In this document: positions 39,917 to 51,283 of the stretch, in pieces
Layout: each line of letters opens with the position of its first letter
Numbering within the stretch: position 1 is the stretch's first letter
Assembly (NCBI GenBank): GCA_053919585.1
Contig: CM132789.1
Strand: one strand, 5' to 3'
Length of the DNA stretch: 64,000 nucleotides
Source: Euprymna scolopes
Lineage: Eukaryota
Notes under the pieces: generated by a model
Database searches by the model: none
The model's input: only the letters and a program-made list of their open reading frames with translations
Told to the model about the DNA's origin: nothing
Translations under genes and position numbers: made by a program

Positions 39917-40514
39917 TTTATATATTACAAAAACAGGTGGGCTAAAGTTTAATTAGATCAATTAACAAATCGTAAGTTCTTAAAACATAATGTATGAAAA
40001 TAAGAGACTACCGATAAACTATAAATATTAAAACACGTGGTATCCTCATAAATAGATGCCTATAATTTCCATTAATGAGATGCTACTTTAAAGTTTATTA
40101 CCATTTAAAATATATTTATTGTTTAAGTAGCTAGTATAATCTATTAAAAAAAGAATATATTAATTCAAATTTAAATTTCAAAATTAACACACGCTAAGTC
40201 AAAACGACAGTACACGGGAAATAATCAAGATAGAAATAGGTGTTATCTCCTGAATGTTTAAATTTTGTCATTGACAATTCTCTTACAAGAATAAGAAATC
40301 TTCTAATGTATAAAATCATTGTTTTCATGATTTCTCTCCTTAAAATCTACTAAATTAAAATTTCATATATTTAGTCTAATTATTATAATAAATACCTAGC
40401 ATATGCAGTTTACGTTTTATTAGTGCAGAGTCTAGTTACTTTGGAATATTGTCCTGATGACCTATGGGTTGCATATATGTTTCGGACGAATCCTTGGCTT
40501 TCTTGGACTGATGT

Positions 40515-41035
40515 CACGATGTTGCCACATATTGACAGGAGCTACTCTGCGCGCCTTTTCGTGCCTTGATAAAGTTGAAAACAGCTTCAAAACCTAGTAG
40601 GCGATGCTCTTTTCTCTTGCCTCTAACGTTTTTTCCAAAGTACAGATTTGCAAGCCTGTTATTTTTTATGACAAGTGCTCGTCTGAGCTCCAATCTATCG
40701 TCCTCGTGCTAGAAAACCTCCACAAAAGCACTTTACTAGGTACAACAACTACCACTCACTATTCGTGCCGAATTCGAAAATCAGATTCCATGAACAAAGT
40801 TTGTTTGCTAGCATTGCCCGCGTGTTGAACACTGTTCCATTGGCTTGTTCCCAGCCGATTATAATATGATAGCGTTCAAGTCTCATGTACACAAGTTCTT
40901 GATAGCCGTCCCCTTAAATAATCCAAATGCTACACAATCTGCATGATTGACTATTACTCAACTATCACCTTACATTCATTAACCCTTCTCGACTGGACTT
41001 CCGGCCTTGAAAAATGGTGAATACCTTGTAAAAAA
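40515..41035 (+). mobile_element. Decayed 3' portion of the CR1-group LINE
   Basis: CCHILTGA..CLDKVEN, KCSSELQSIV; 3' stem-loop and A tail like 17094-17153. Confidence 0.85.
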
Positions 41036-42476
41036 TGTTCTCTTTTCATCGTTAGTTTCTCTTAAATTGTCTATCTGTTTTTAATACGTATTGCTGTTTC
41101 TACGTACTCTTTGTATTCAGTGTTATTGGCAAATGCCGCTGCGTTTTTTTATAAAGTAGTGATAGTGGGATTTGAAGTTTAGATATTGCCCAGTAAAAAT
41201 TGGCTTTGGATAAACGATGGCACAAAGCTCTGAACATTAAGAGTTATTAACACATCTATAAACAATAATGTTAGGTTACATCACTAAGTATGTAATTTCT
41301 ACACAGAAACACACCAGCTCCATTGTGTTGCCCAATTTGGGTGCAAGTGTGTTTCTTCGGGAGAGTCAGTCAGTTGGCAGTCAGTGGTCAGCTGCCGTTT
41401 TGGAAGCGGAGGTTAGAACATTAAGAGACACAGAACGAGCGAGAAGACCACGGAAACAGCAGTGGGGAAGCAATTGTCGTTGAGAGTAAGCATGCGGTAG
41501 TACAACGGATAAAAAGTGTGTTTTGCATTCGTTTCATTTAACATAGCTGATTTTGATGTTGGAACCTGAAGCTCTTCGACAACATTATTTGTACCTTGGA
41601 ATACGCCGCCAAAAAGACAGTTTCCTTCGTTTGGAACAGGTCAACTAGTGTTTCAATATTTAATAGCAGTAAATTTTCAACAAGAAAATTGAGTGAAATT
41701 TAAAATCCAATAGGTTAGTCGGTCACTACAATAATCAATCAAGATAGCCACTTAATCTGAGGGTCAGCAGGCCATTATGACAATCAGTTCGTCAATAAAT
41801 CAGTAAAATTCATCTTATCTCGATCAATGAGCCAAATAATGCACTCAGATTTGAGAGACTTGAAACGATTATCGATAATGCAATATATGGACCAATCGGT
41901 CCCATTGATTGGAGTCGTTATTTTTAGCGAGACGTCTGCGTTCGTGATTTTTTCCTGATAATTATTTAAAAAAAAAAGATAAATCACAAGATATTCAAAA
42001 AGAAAAGTAATCAAAGAAAGATGATTTATTAAACATCACTAAAAAATAGGTATTTAAAATTAATTACAATAAATATATTTTAACATAATCGACATGATCG
42101 AAGAGTAGGATATGTGTCATATTTAAGAATAAAAATATCATGTAAAAGAGAAAACATTTTATTTTGTACATTTATAACAGCTCATAAAATGCAGACACGT
42201 ATGTATATATTATGCATATATAAGCATTTATGTGAACACATAAATCTATGTATATAAACATTGGTACATACATATTTATATATTTATGAATATGAAAAAG
42301 GACGAACATCCTACATGGATGGTATTAACACCTCTTAATATATATACCCCTAATTAACAAACCTTCTCATCAACGAACACCTTTTACTATTAAAAATGCC
42401 CAGACTGAACAGGCGAAACGTTTTCGATTCTTTTACGCCTCTCCAGATCTGCTTTTAATATTATATATATATATAT

Positions 42477-42557
42477 CAGCTGCCAATAGCGTAATGGTTA
42501 GAAGCCTTGACTGCCGTATAAACGGTCGGGTTTCAATCCTGGCTTGAGGTAGTTGCC
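42477..42557 (+). promoter_or_regulatory. tRNA-derived head with internal Pol III promoter, repeated at +286 and +572
   Basis: A box TAGCGTAATGG at 42487-42497; B-box-like GGTTTCAATCC at 42529-42539 in a T-arm tcggg/cctgg; cagctgcc pairs with ggtagttg as an acceptor-like stem; ctgccgt loop hints at tRNA-Gly(GCC) ancestry. Confidence 0.8.
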
Positions 42558-42558
42558 T

Positions 42559-42613
42559 GTCTAGCTGCACTGATGAGCTGTGAAACAGCGAAACAGTACT
42601 GTATGTGGTTGAC
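42559..42613 (+). ncRNA. Type I hammerhead ribozyme, copy 1 (predicted cleavage after GUA, 42603)
   Basis: gtc(t)agctgca-CTGATGA-gctgt(gaa)acagc-GAAA-cag(ta)ctg-TA-tgtggttgac; all core nucleotides present. Confidence 0.93.
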
Positions 42614-42844
42614 TATAGTGCTCCTCACCTGAGTTGAGCATATTGAGAAGTGAAAAACGAATTACCATTAGCATATAAGCGACGCTCTTTGTGTAAACAA
42701 ATCGAGCGGAGGTATTTCGGACGATATCTAAAACATCGTTAAAAACTCACTACTCGTTCAAGCAGCCGCCAATAGCGTAATGGTTAGAAGCCTTGACTGC
42801 CGTATAAACGGTCGGGTTTCAATCCTGGCTTGAGGTAGTTGCCT

Positions 42845-42899
42845 GTCTAGCTGCACTGATGAGCTGTGAAACAGCGAAACAGTACTGTATGTGGTTGAC
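42845..42899 (+). ncRNA. Type I hammerhead ribozyme, copy 2 (predicted cleavage after 42889)
   Basis: Identical to copy 1. Confidence 0.93.
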
Positions 42900-43130
42900 T
42901 ATAGTGCTCCTCACCTGAGTTGAGCATATTGAGAAGTGAAAAACGAATTACCATTAGCATATAAGCGACGCTCTTTGTGTAAACAAATCGAGCGGAGGTA
43001 TTTCGGACGATATCTAAAACATCGTTAAAAACTCACTACTCGTTCAAGCAGCCGCCAATAGCGTAATGGTTAGAAGCCTTGACTGCCGTATAAACGGTCG
43101 GGTTTCAATCCTGGCTTGAGGTAGTTGCCT

Positions 43131-43182
43131 GTCTAGCTGCACTGATGAGCTGTGAAACAGCGAAACAGTACTGTATGTGGTT

Positions 43183-43185
<3 letters not shown>
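43131..43185 (+). ncRNA. Type I hammerhead ribozyme, copy 3 (predicted cleavage after 43175)
   Basis: Identical to copy 1; the array ends 4 nt after stem I. Confidence 0.93.
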
Positions 43186-43236
<51 letters not shown>

Positions 43237-43332
43237 AGATAGAGAGGCAGACAGACAGAAAACAGACAGATAGACAGGAATAGAGAGAGATAGAGGGGGA
43301 GAGAGAGCAGGGACAGACAGAGAGAATATGAA

Positions 43333-43449
43333 ATATACGGTATATTCAGGTTGACATCCAGGTTCTTGTCAGATCAATGAAGTTAAGCAATGTTGAGTCT
43401 AACTAGTACCAGATGGATGACCATAAAGGCTAATTGAAGGCGCTGTATG
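43333..43449 (+). pseudogene. 5S rRNA-derived copy (pseudogene or SINE3 head)
   Basis: tacgg.ata..gttcttgtcagatcaatgaagttaagcaa..tagtac..gatggatgacc..ggcgctgta follows the eukaryotic 5S rRNA consensus over ~117 nt; TTTT at 43458-43461. Confidence 0.85.
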
Positions 43450-44199
43450 GGCTCCCCTTTTATCTTATCATGGTTCCCAGTCGTCGTGAACTTCACTTGT
43501 CACTGGTATTTAAGAACATTGACTCAGGAGACGAGTAGTTGGTTATTGCGCAACTACTGGCATAAAACATTCAATGTACAGGTACCCTTAAGTGGGAGTT
43601 CATAGTCTGNNNNNNNNNNNNNNNNNNNNNNNNNNNNNNNNNNNNNNNNNNNNNNNNNNNNNNNNNNNNNNNNNNNNNNNNNNNNNNNNNNNNNNNNNNN
43701 NNNNNNNNNNNNNNNNNNNNNNNNNNNNNNNNNNNNNNNNNNNNNNNNNNNNNNNNNNNNNNNNNNNNNNNNNNNNNNNNNNNNNTATATATTTCTCTGG
43801 TGGTAGAATTATCTAACATGAACACTCAAAACTCGTTATANNNNNNNNNNNNNNNNNNNNNNNNNNNNNNNNNNNNNNNNNNNNNNNNNNNNNNNNNNNN
43901 NNNNNNNNNNNNNNNNNNNNNNNNNNNNNNNNNNNNNNNNNNNNNNNNNNNNNNNNNNNNNNNNNNNNNNNNGATAGAAATGAGTGAGTTGGGAATAATA
44001 AGATTATTTAAAGATTTTTTTAAAAAATGCGAAATTTAAGAGAAAAATATCTAATTCTGTGCTATTCCGGGGAAAAAATGCAAGTTTCTGGAATTTTCGT
44101 CAAAGTATTTTTACCTGAGGCACACAGTTCGTCCAGCTGTGGAATATGTCTCCGTTCCCATCGTTCACATCGCAATTTTAAAAGGTTGCATTTCTCTTC

Positions 44200-46950
44200 C
44201 CTCAGAAGAATTTCTCTTTTTTTCTTTCTCTCTTTTTCTTTTTCCGAAAACTTTAAAATTCGGCATTTTTTTTTTCATCATTTTGGTCTTGTTATTTTTT
44301 TAGCTAATGAATTTTTTATTTATTTATTTGTGATTCATTCTTATTTCTTCCTCTTATTTTTCTTAAAATTATAGTTGTTGTTTGGTTGACATTTCTTCTT
44401 CGTGTTTTTTTTTTCTTTAATTGATTAGGTCTGTTTTTATTTGCATTTCGTTTTCTCATATCCTTTACTGCTATTTTTAGTACTCCTTTTATTCTTCGGA
44501 TTCATATTATTATAATAATCACTAGTAGTCGCAGCAGTGCTGTTAGTATTATTATTAGTATGTTGCGATATAACTATTTACTATCGTGTTATATTTCCTG
44601 TTTCTTCTTATCTTTATTCTTTTTCTTGTTCTCCTCTTCCTTTTTCTATTTCTCTTCGCCATTTTAATTTCGTTATATATTGACTTTTATTATTCCTATT
44701 CTCTCGTTTCTTTATCTTTATTTTCTTCCCTTTATTTTCATTGTATGTTTTCTTCTTTTAGGTCTGCTTTCTTAATGTTTTTTCTGTCTGCTCTGCCTAT
44801 AAGTACTTTCGCCTCTTCTAATTCTTCCCATTCTTTCACTTCTTCTCCTGCTTTTGCTTTATGTCTACATCTTTTTTATTTGTTTTCGTCTCCTCTTTCT
44901 ATGACTCTTCTTATTCTTCCTATTTTTATTCATCGATTTGCATTCTTTTTCTTCTAATGTTATTTCCTTTTATTGTTGTCATTCTCTTTTCTTTTATTTT
45001 TATCTAAATATATATATTTTCGCATTCTTTTTTCCTTTCTATATCTCCTTTTTCTTTTTTTACATTTTTTACTTTCGACACATTTTTATTCTAAACCTTC
45101 TTCTACTTCACTTCCGTTTTTTTCTCCTTCATTAATTATGCTTTAGTTCAATTACTTCCTTTTCGTACTTGCCTGTCGTTCTTTTGTCAAAGTGTTATTC
45201 TTTCCCTTCATTTCTTTTATAAATTTTCAACTCTGTTCTTCATAGACTTCTCGTTTTGTTTTCGTTTTTTTTCCTCTTATTCACTTGTTCCTAAACTTTC
45301 ACTTCATCATCCTCCACATTGTTATTTCGATCTTTTTAATATTTTCTGGCCGTTCTCTTCTTTCTCATAACCTTTTCGTTTTCTCATTTTCTTTCTCCTT
45401 TTTCTTCTTAATATACCCATCTTTATTATTTTTTCGTTCTCACCCTTTTTCTTCTATTCACTTATAGCTCATACCTCTTCTCCAGTGACTAATTTTTTTC
45501 TTCATACCTTTGTTTCCAATGTTACAACATGACAAGAAAGAAGAAGAGAAAAAAGAAACAAAACAACATCCTGAGGATTAAATTGCGCTCCGAAATATAT
45601 TTAAAAGATACATTTTCAAAAAGTAAAATATGTTTTATTATTTTCCTAATATTACGTTGTGATTTGGCTTTCAAGCGCACTTGATGCGTATTTTATTTTA
45701 TTCAAATATATTTTTTCTATTTTATTCGCTCACTATGTTTTTCATTTACTACATAAATTTATCGTAAACGCCCCTATACTCTTCTCTCTCTCTATCTCTT
45801 TTATTTCTCTACATCTTTCTACATTTTATGCTTTGATTTATTCTCTTCTTTTCTTTTTTGCTTTTTCATTTTTACCCTTCGTTTGTTTTTACGTATAATC
45901 TTACTTTTTTTCTTCTTTCGTTTCTTTTTTCTTCTTTCTTTATCTTTTTCTCATACTACTACTATTACTTCTTCTTTTTGTAGTTTATGTTTCTTCTACT
46001 TGCTCACCTTTTCCCAACCTTTTACGCCCTTTGCTGGCTCCTTTTTTCTATCATTTATTTTACTGATTCTCGTTCTTCTTTTGCTTCATAGACGTCTTTT
46101 ACTTCGTGTTCTTCTCAATTCTACATAACTTTTCTTCTTTTTCTCTTCTTTAATTGCTTATTCTTCTCCGTCGCTATCTAATTTTACTTTTTGTCGTTTT
46201 CTGTTTTTTTTTTCTTGTTAGTCTTCTTCTTCTACATTGTTTTTGCCTCTAAATTATTCTCCATTTCTTCGTGGTTTCCCATGGTTATCATTTGTGTTTT
46301 TTGTCCGTATACTTTCTTCTGTCCTTTTTTATCTTCTCTTCTGTTGAATTTCTTTTTTTTATCTTTTATGTTTTTTTATTAATTTATATTTTCATGCGTG
46401 CCCTATTTTGTTTTATATTCTCTTTATTGTCTTAGACTTCTCTCTCTAATTTTTCAGTTTCTTTTGAATTCATTTCTCAGCCTTTTATTAACTTTCCCTC
46501 TACCTTGTTTTCTTAACTTAACTGAAATCTCGTTCTTTATTTTCCTGCCCGTCAAACTTTTTTAATTCAATCGTCTACTATTATTTTCCATCTTAAAACC
46601 TACAAAATTAATCTTTAATTATTTATTTACCATTTACTCCTTCTGCTACTCCTGTCACACAACATGGCAAACATAGCTATACTCACCCTTACTCTTTCCT
46701 TTAATTCCATTCTCTATCTCTTTTATTATCACCTTTTCGTATTAACTATCTTTCTTAATTCCCTTAAACCTTTCCATCTTTCCACTCGCCCCCTTCTGAT
46801 CTTCTCTCTGTGCTTATTTGTCTCTGTCATTTTCTTGATCTCATTTTTTGTTTATTTCCATAACCAGCATATTTATATTTATTTTTCTTTCTTCTCTTCG
46901 CAACCCTTTCTATTTTCCAACTAGCCCTTTTCGTACTTCTCCCTTCCCCC
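44200..46950. repeat. ~2.7-kb T/C-rich low-complexity tract
   Basis: Strong pyrimidine skew; produces spurious F/L/S-rich ORFs. Confidence 0.9.
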
Positions 46951-47299
46951 TCCTTTTCCAAATCGCATAATGTCGTCCTCATGTCTACGCTTCGAGGGAG
47001 TGGTTTTTGAATTCCTCTCCATGCGTTTTGTTCTCATAGCTAAACAAAGAATTGAATTTTTAACCTTTGCTAGCAGTTGTTAGCGTCATGTGCACTTTTC
47101 TCGCTAACGAGGTTCACCTCATTTTCCAACGGCTAATGGCACGTCATCAGCAACAAAACTCTTGACGATCAATTCACTTCCTTCATAGACAAATGCTCCG
47201 TCATTTTCCCCTCGGGACAAAACGTCAGGCCTTAAGATCACACTCTGAACTGACAATGATACTTGCACGATATTTTTTCATATCAATTACAAAACATTC

Positions 47300-47372
<73 letters not shown>
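47300..47372. repeat. (AAT)n microsatellite
   Basis: Direct reading. Confidence 0.98.
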
Positions 47373-47403
47373 CTTTCACTCCGTATAAATGCACCATGCA
47401 TTC

Positions 47404-47470
<67 letters not shown>

Positions 47471-49689
47471 TTTTTTATTACAATTTTATATATCTACATA
47501 AAATTTCATGTGAATATTTGAAGTATTTACTTCGGCAATGCTCGATGCGTAAATAGAGCTAGGTAATTTTGAAAATATATATGACAACTAAAGCTATGCA
47601 TAATTGTCCTGGTTTCATCCTCGTGAGGATAGATCAGACTGACGTATCCTCAAAAGGATGAAAATGCGGAACATCATCGGTAGCTTAATTGCCATATACA
47701 TTTTCAAAACTTATATAATAATATATAAACCCCCGTCTCGTTACAAAAAAGTGAGCGAGGATAAAACGTATAGGAGGCCAATAGCTTAACAGTGTGTTGG
47801 AAACGAAAAAGCAAACAGCATTCAAGACTTATCACGTAGCTGTAAAAAACACCACTCGAAGTGAAATGTTACCAGTGAGGGTCCTATTTTTAGTTTCTTG
47901 GAAATAAAAATGACTTTATATGACTATATAAAATTACTGACGAAATTCCATATTATATGAAAATGAATGGTAACACTGTTGAAGTACACTATTTCTGTTA
48001 GTTTTCATGCAGTGTTCTGAATAATATATATCAATATGAAATTCTGCTTGTTCTTTCTTTATTTAGTCAGTATGTTTCGTTTTGAAAAGAGCCATCCACA
48101 ATTTTTGAAGGCCAAACTGCGTATAAAATGGCAAAGATAACATTTGAAAGTTAAATCTGGTAACCTTTGACATGAATATGAGAGTGACTTGCATTTGATT
48201 AAGACTAGATTTCAAATATAATTAAAATAATAGAATCATTGTTGTAAGGATGTGTGAAATAAAGAAATAGTAAATTTTACCTGCAGCGAGGAAAGAAGTC
48301 GGCGAAACCTTACGTAAAAGGGAACATTTGAAAGAAACAGTGCGACAAAGAACATTATCTGTCAAAAATGAATGAGTAAATTATAGACTGTCTGTTGTAA
48401 TTTGATTTTATAATTTGTATTTATATTGTATAGTGAGGTGGGATTATATATTATAAAACCTGCCATATGTTATATATTGGGTGATAGTTTAAAGCATTTA
48501 TCTTGCATAGTGAAGTTGGACATTGTTTTGTTCATATAACGGGATTTGATAGAGACGTATAAACTGTATGCATTGTTGTTTAGCCAGAGTTAGAGATATC
48601 GATGTATAAACTGAGTCATGTTGTATCAGAGAGCTATCACACGGGTATATATTACAGTTTATATATAATAAGAATAAGCTTCATACGTTTCTTTCATCAA
48701 AAGTTCTTCTTCAGCGTGATGAAACGTGAAGCAACCACACCATAACCAATTGAGACCTCTGTTCTTTCTCCTTTGTGAAAACCACAGAACAACATTTTTA
48801 TTTTTAAAATGTAAATTTATTTCAGTTGTCTCAAATGGTCTTCACAAAGAGTCTACTTTTCTTGTCTACACCTTTGTTCTATCCAGGCACGCTTCCTGGC
48901 CGTCTGTTCACTCTCGTGACTAACTTTGGACCCTCCCGTCTGTTCACTCTCCGGATCACACTCCAACCCCTTCGTCTGTTTATTCTCCTGACTTAACTTC
49001 CCGACCTCCTGACCTAAGTTCCATTACGCCATCATTCCAAAACCACACGTATCCCTTACGCGTCTGCTTGACCCAGGTTATGTTGTTTATATTTTATCAT
49101 AGCTAATTTATGAAAATATCTTCCTAAAACACATTGCTACACGTTTATCTATAAACAATCAATAATTCACAATATAAAATATTTAAGAATATTATTGGAT
49201 AGATATATAAATAGATAGGTAGAAAGATAGATCGATAATAACTAATTAACTTTTAACAATTTTAATAATTCAACATTACATATGTGCCACAGTATTTATT
49301 ATTATTTTTTAATTTATCTCGTTTTGATCAGTATTATATTTAAAATACAATGAACAGTATTTTACTAGAAATATTAATAAACTCATTTTACTGCGTCTTA
49401 TTCGTTTTTTTGTCCGAAAACTGATATTTACACTATACCGGAAATAGTAGCAGATTTATCCAAACATATTTGTTTGTTCATTGTATTTCTCACTGTGCGG
49501 GATCGTATAAGACAATGAGAAAATTTTGAACATACCTGTTATTCTTAGAATAGAGTAAGTTTTTATGTCTATGTATCATTTGGCGTCTTGAGTAAAATAA
49601 TATTTTACCTACCGAGGATGGGTAATACACAACATATGTGTGGAATAATTGTACCTTCCCTAGAGCAGGAAATTTACAGTACGTTTGTG

Positions 49690-50590
49690 GAAAACATCCT
49701 TACTTATTCCTATTTATTTTTATTTTATTTCGTATTTAAATAATTTTCTGTTGTGCTAAATATTTTGTATGTCACAGGTAAGAGTTTCTTTTATGTTTTA
49801 CACATGAGCGCTATGGTGAAGAAGCACAGGATTTTTTTTATAAATGTAATCCTACTCGAATATATTACATGATTTTCGATTTTGATAACTTATGCACGTC
49901 TAATTGCTTTGTTTTTAATATCGGTACTTCACTGTGTAAGTACTTTATTTCCTGGATACGATAATGCAGAATCACCTTTTTTTCTAATTTAAAAATGAAA
50001 GAACTCGATACTTTTAAGTAATTTTCTGTTGTGCTAAATTTTATGTGCGTCTAGAATAAGATTTTTTTGTTTTTCATAGGTGAGAATTTGTTTGTTTTCC
50101 TAGGTGAGAATTTGTTTGTTTTCCTAGGTGAGAGTTTTGTTTTTATATTATAAAGGGCTATATTAAAGAAACACCTTATTACTTATATAAATGTCACACT
50201 ACTCGAATATAATACATCATTTGCGGTTGGGATGACTTTTATGTACGTCACAGGCAAGATTTTCTTTTGTTTTTCATGTGGGTATTATACTTTACAAGTA
50301 CCTTATTTATCAGGTAGGATACTGTACAATTAAGTTTTTTTCTTATTTAAAAATGAAAGAACTCGATACGTTTATGTAATTTTCTGTTGTGCTAAATTTT
50401 CTGTACGTCATGGGTAAGATTTTTTTTTATCTCGGTGCTATAGTGAAGAAGCACCTTATTTCTCATATGTAAGTCATGCTACTCGAGTATTAAACGTGGT
50501 TTTCGGTCTTAATAAATTTTATGTATATTAAAAGTAATATTTTCTTTTTTATATAGGGTACTATACTACACAAGTACATTATTACTTTGA
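49690..50590. repeat. Degenerate ~280-360-bp tandem repeat with an internal 24-bp triplication
   Basis: taattttctgttgtgctaaat at 49741, 50019 and 50377. Confidence 0.8.
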
Positions 50591-51283
50591 TAGAATTTCT
50601 TGTACACATAAATACATTAAAAAGTAAGTGGTCATTGTATGTGATTTTTGGAATATGATATCATAAAAATATACATATATGTATAATACATTAAAATACA
50701 ATTATCAGTTAATTAGTATAGGAGTGAATCCAATACATAAAAATATATAATCATATGCACATACTAATCATTTATAATGATCGGTTTATTAGTTTAGGAG
50801 TGAATCCAATACATAAACATATAGAAACATATACACATCATAAAAATCCATAATGATCGGTTAACTAGTTTAGGAATGGATCAAATACATACAAATATAT
50901 AATCATATAAACATATCTCAAATTCGTAATGACCCGTCAATTACAAGGTATTTTCGAATGCTAACAATGCAGGAATGTTACAGTCGTTATGAGCTTCAAT
51001 AATCATGTAAAGGTTATAGCTTTAATAATCATGTAAACGGTTAATGGAGGTGATTTTTTTCACTTATCTATAGATATAAGATCAGGGGAAAAGTAATTCT
51101 AAATTGTTTAAATATGGTAATCAAAGGGAACATATTATACCTATCTATTTCTCCGCTAGTTTGTTTAGATTAAATAGTTGTTAAGATGAGTATTTTATTT
51201 TTTGCTGTATGAATTATGACTGGGAATGTATATAGAAAAATTGTCTGTTTGTGTCTTTATTAAAAATATGTTAGATTTTTTTT

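Larger units (their letters stand above)
42477..43189 (+). mobile_element. Tandem array (~2.5 x 286 bp) of a tRNA-headed, hammerhead-containing SINE/non-LTR retrozyme inserted in (TA)n
   Basis: Units start at 42482, 42768 and 43054 (exact 286-bp period, identical by eye apart from one base at 42481); each has an A box, a B box and a type I hammerhead; (TA)n on both flanks. Confidence 0.93.

Noticed and set aside
41269-41543. Possible solo LTR (TGTTA..TAACA); a similar TGTAA..TTACA segment lies at 48243-48656
   Set aside because: No target-site duplication and no second copy in the window
42477-42557. Functional tRNA-Gly(GCC) genes in tandem
   Set aside because: The anticodon stem does not pair and the T loop is non-canonical; better read as a SINE-type head
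42477-43189. CRISPR-like array
   Set aside because: Whole 286-bp units are identical, with no unique spacers or cas genes, in a eukaryotic context
44027-46924. Many hydrophobic ORFs resembling membrane proteins
   Set aside because: Artefacts of T/C low-complexity sequence
48683-48716. Minus-strand CTGAAGA..GAAA-cg-TA hammerhead-like motif; a similar CTGATGA..GAAA lies at ~51919-51942
   Set aside because: Stems I and II are too weak to support a call
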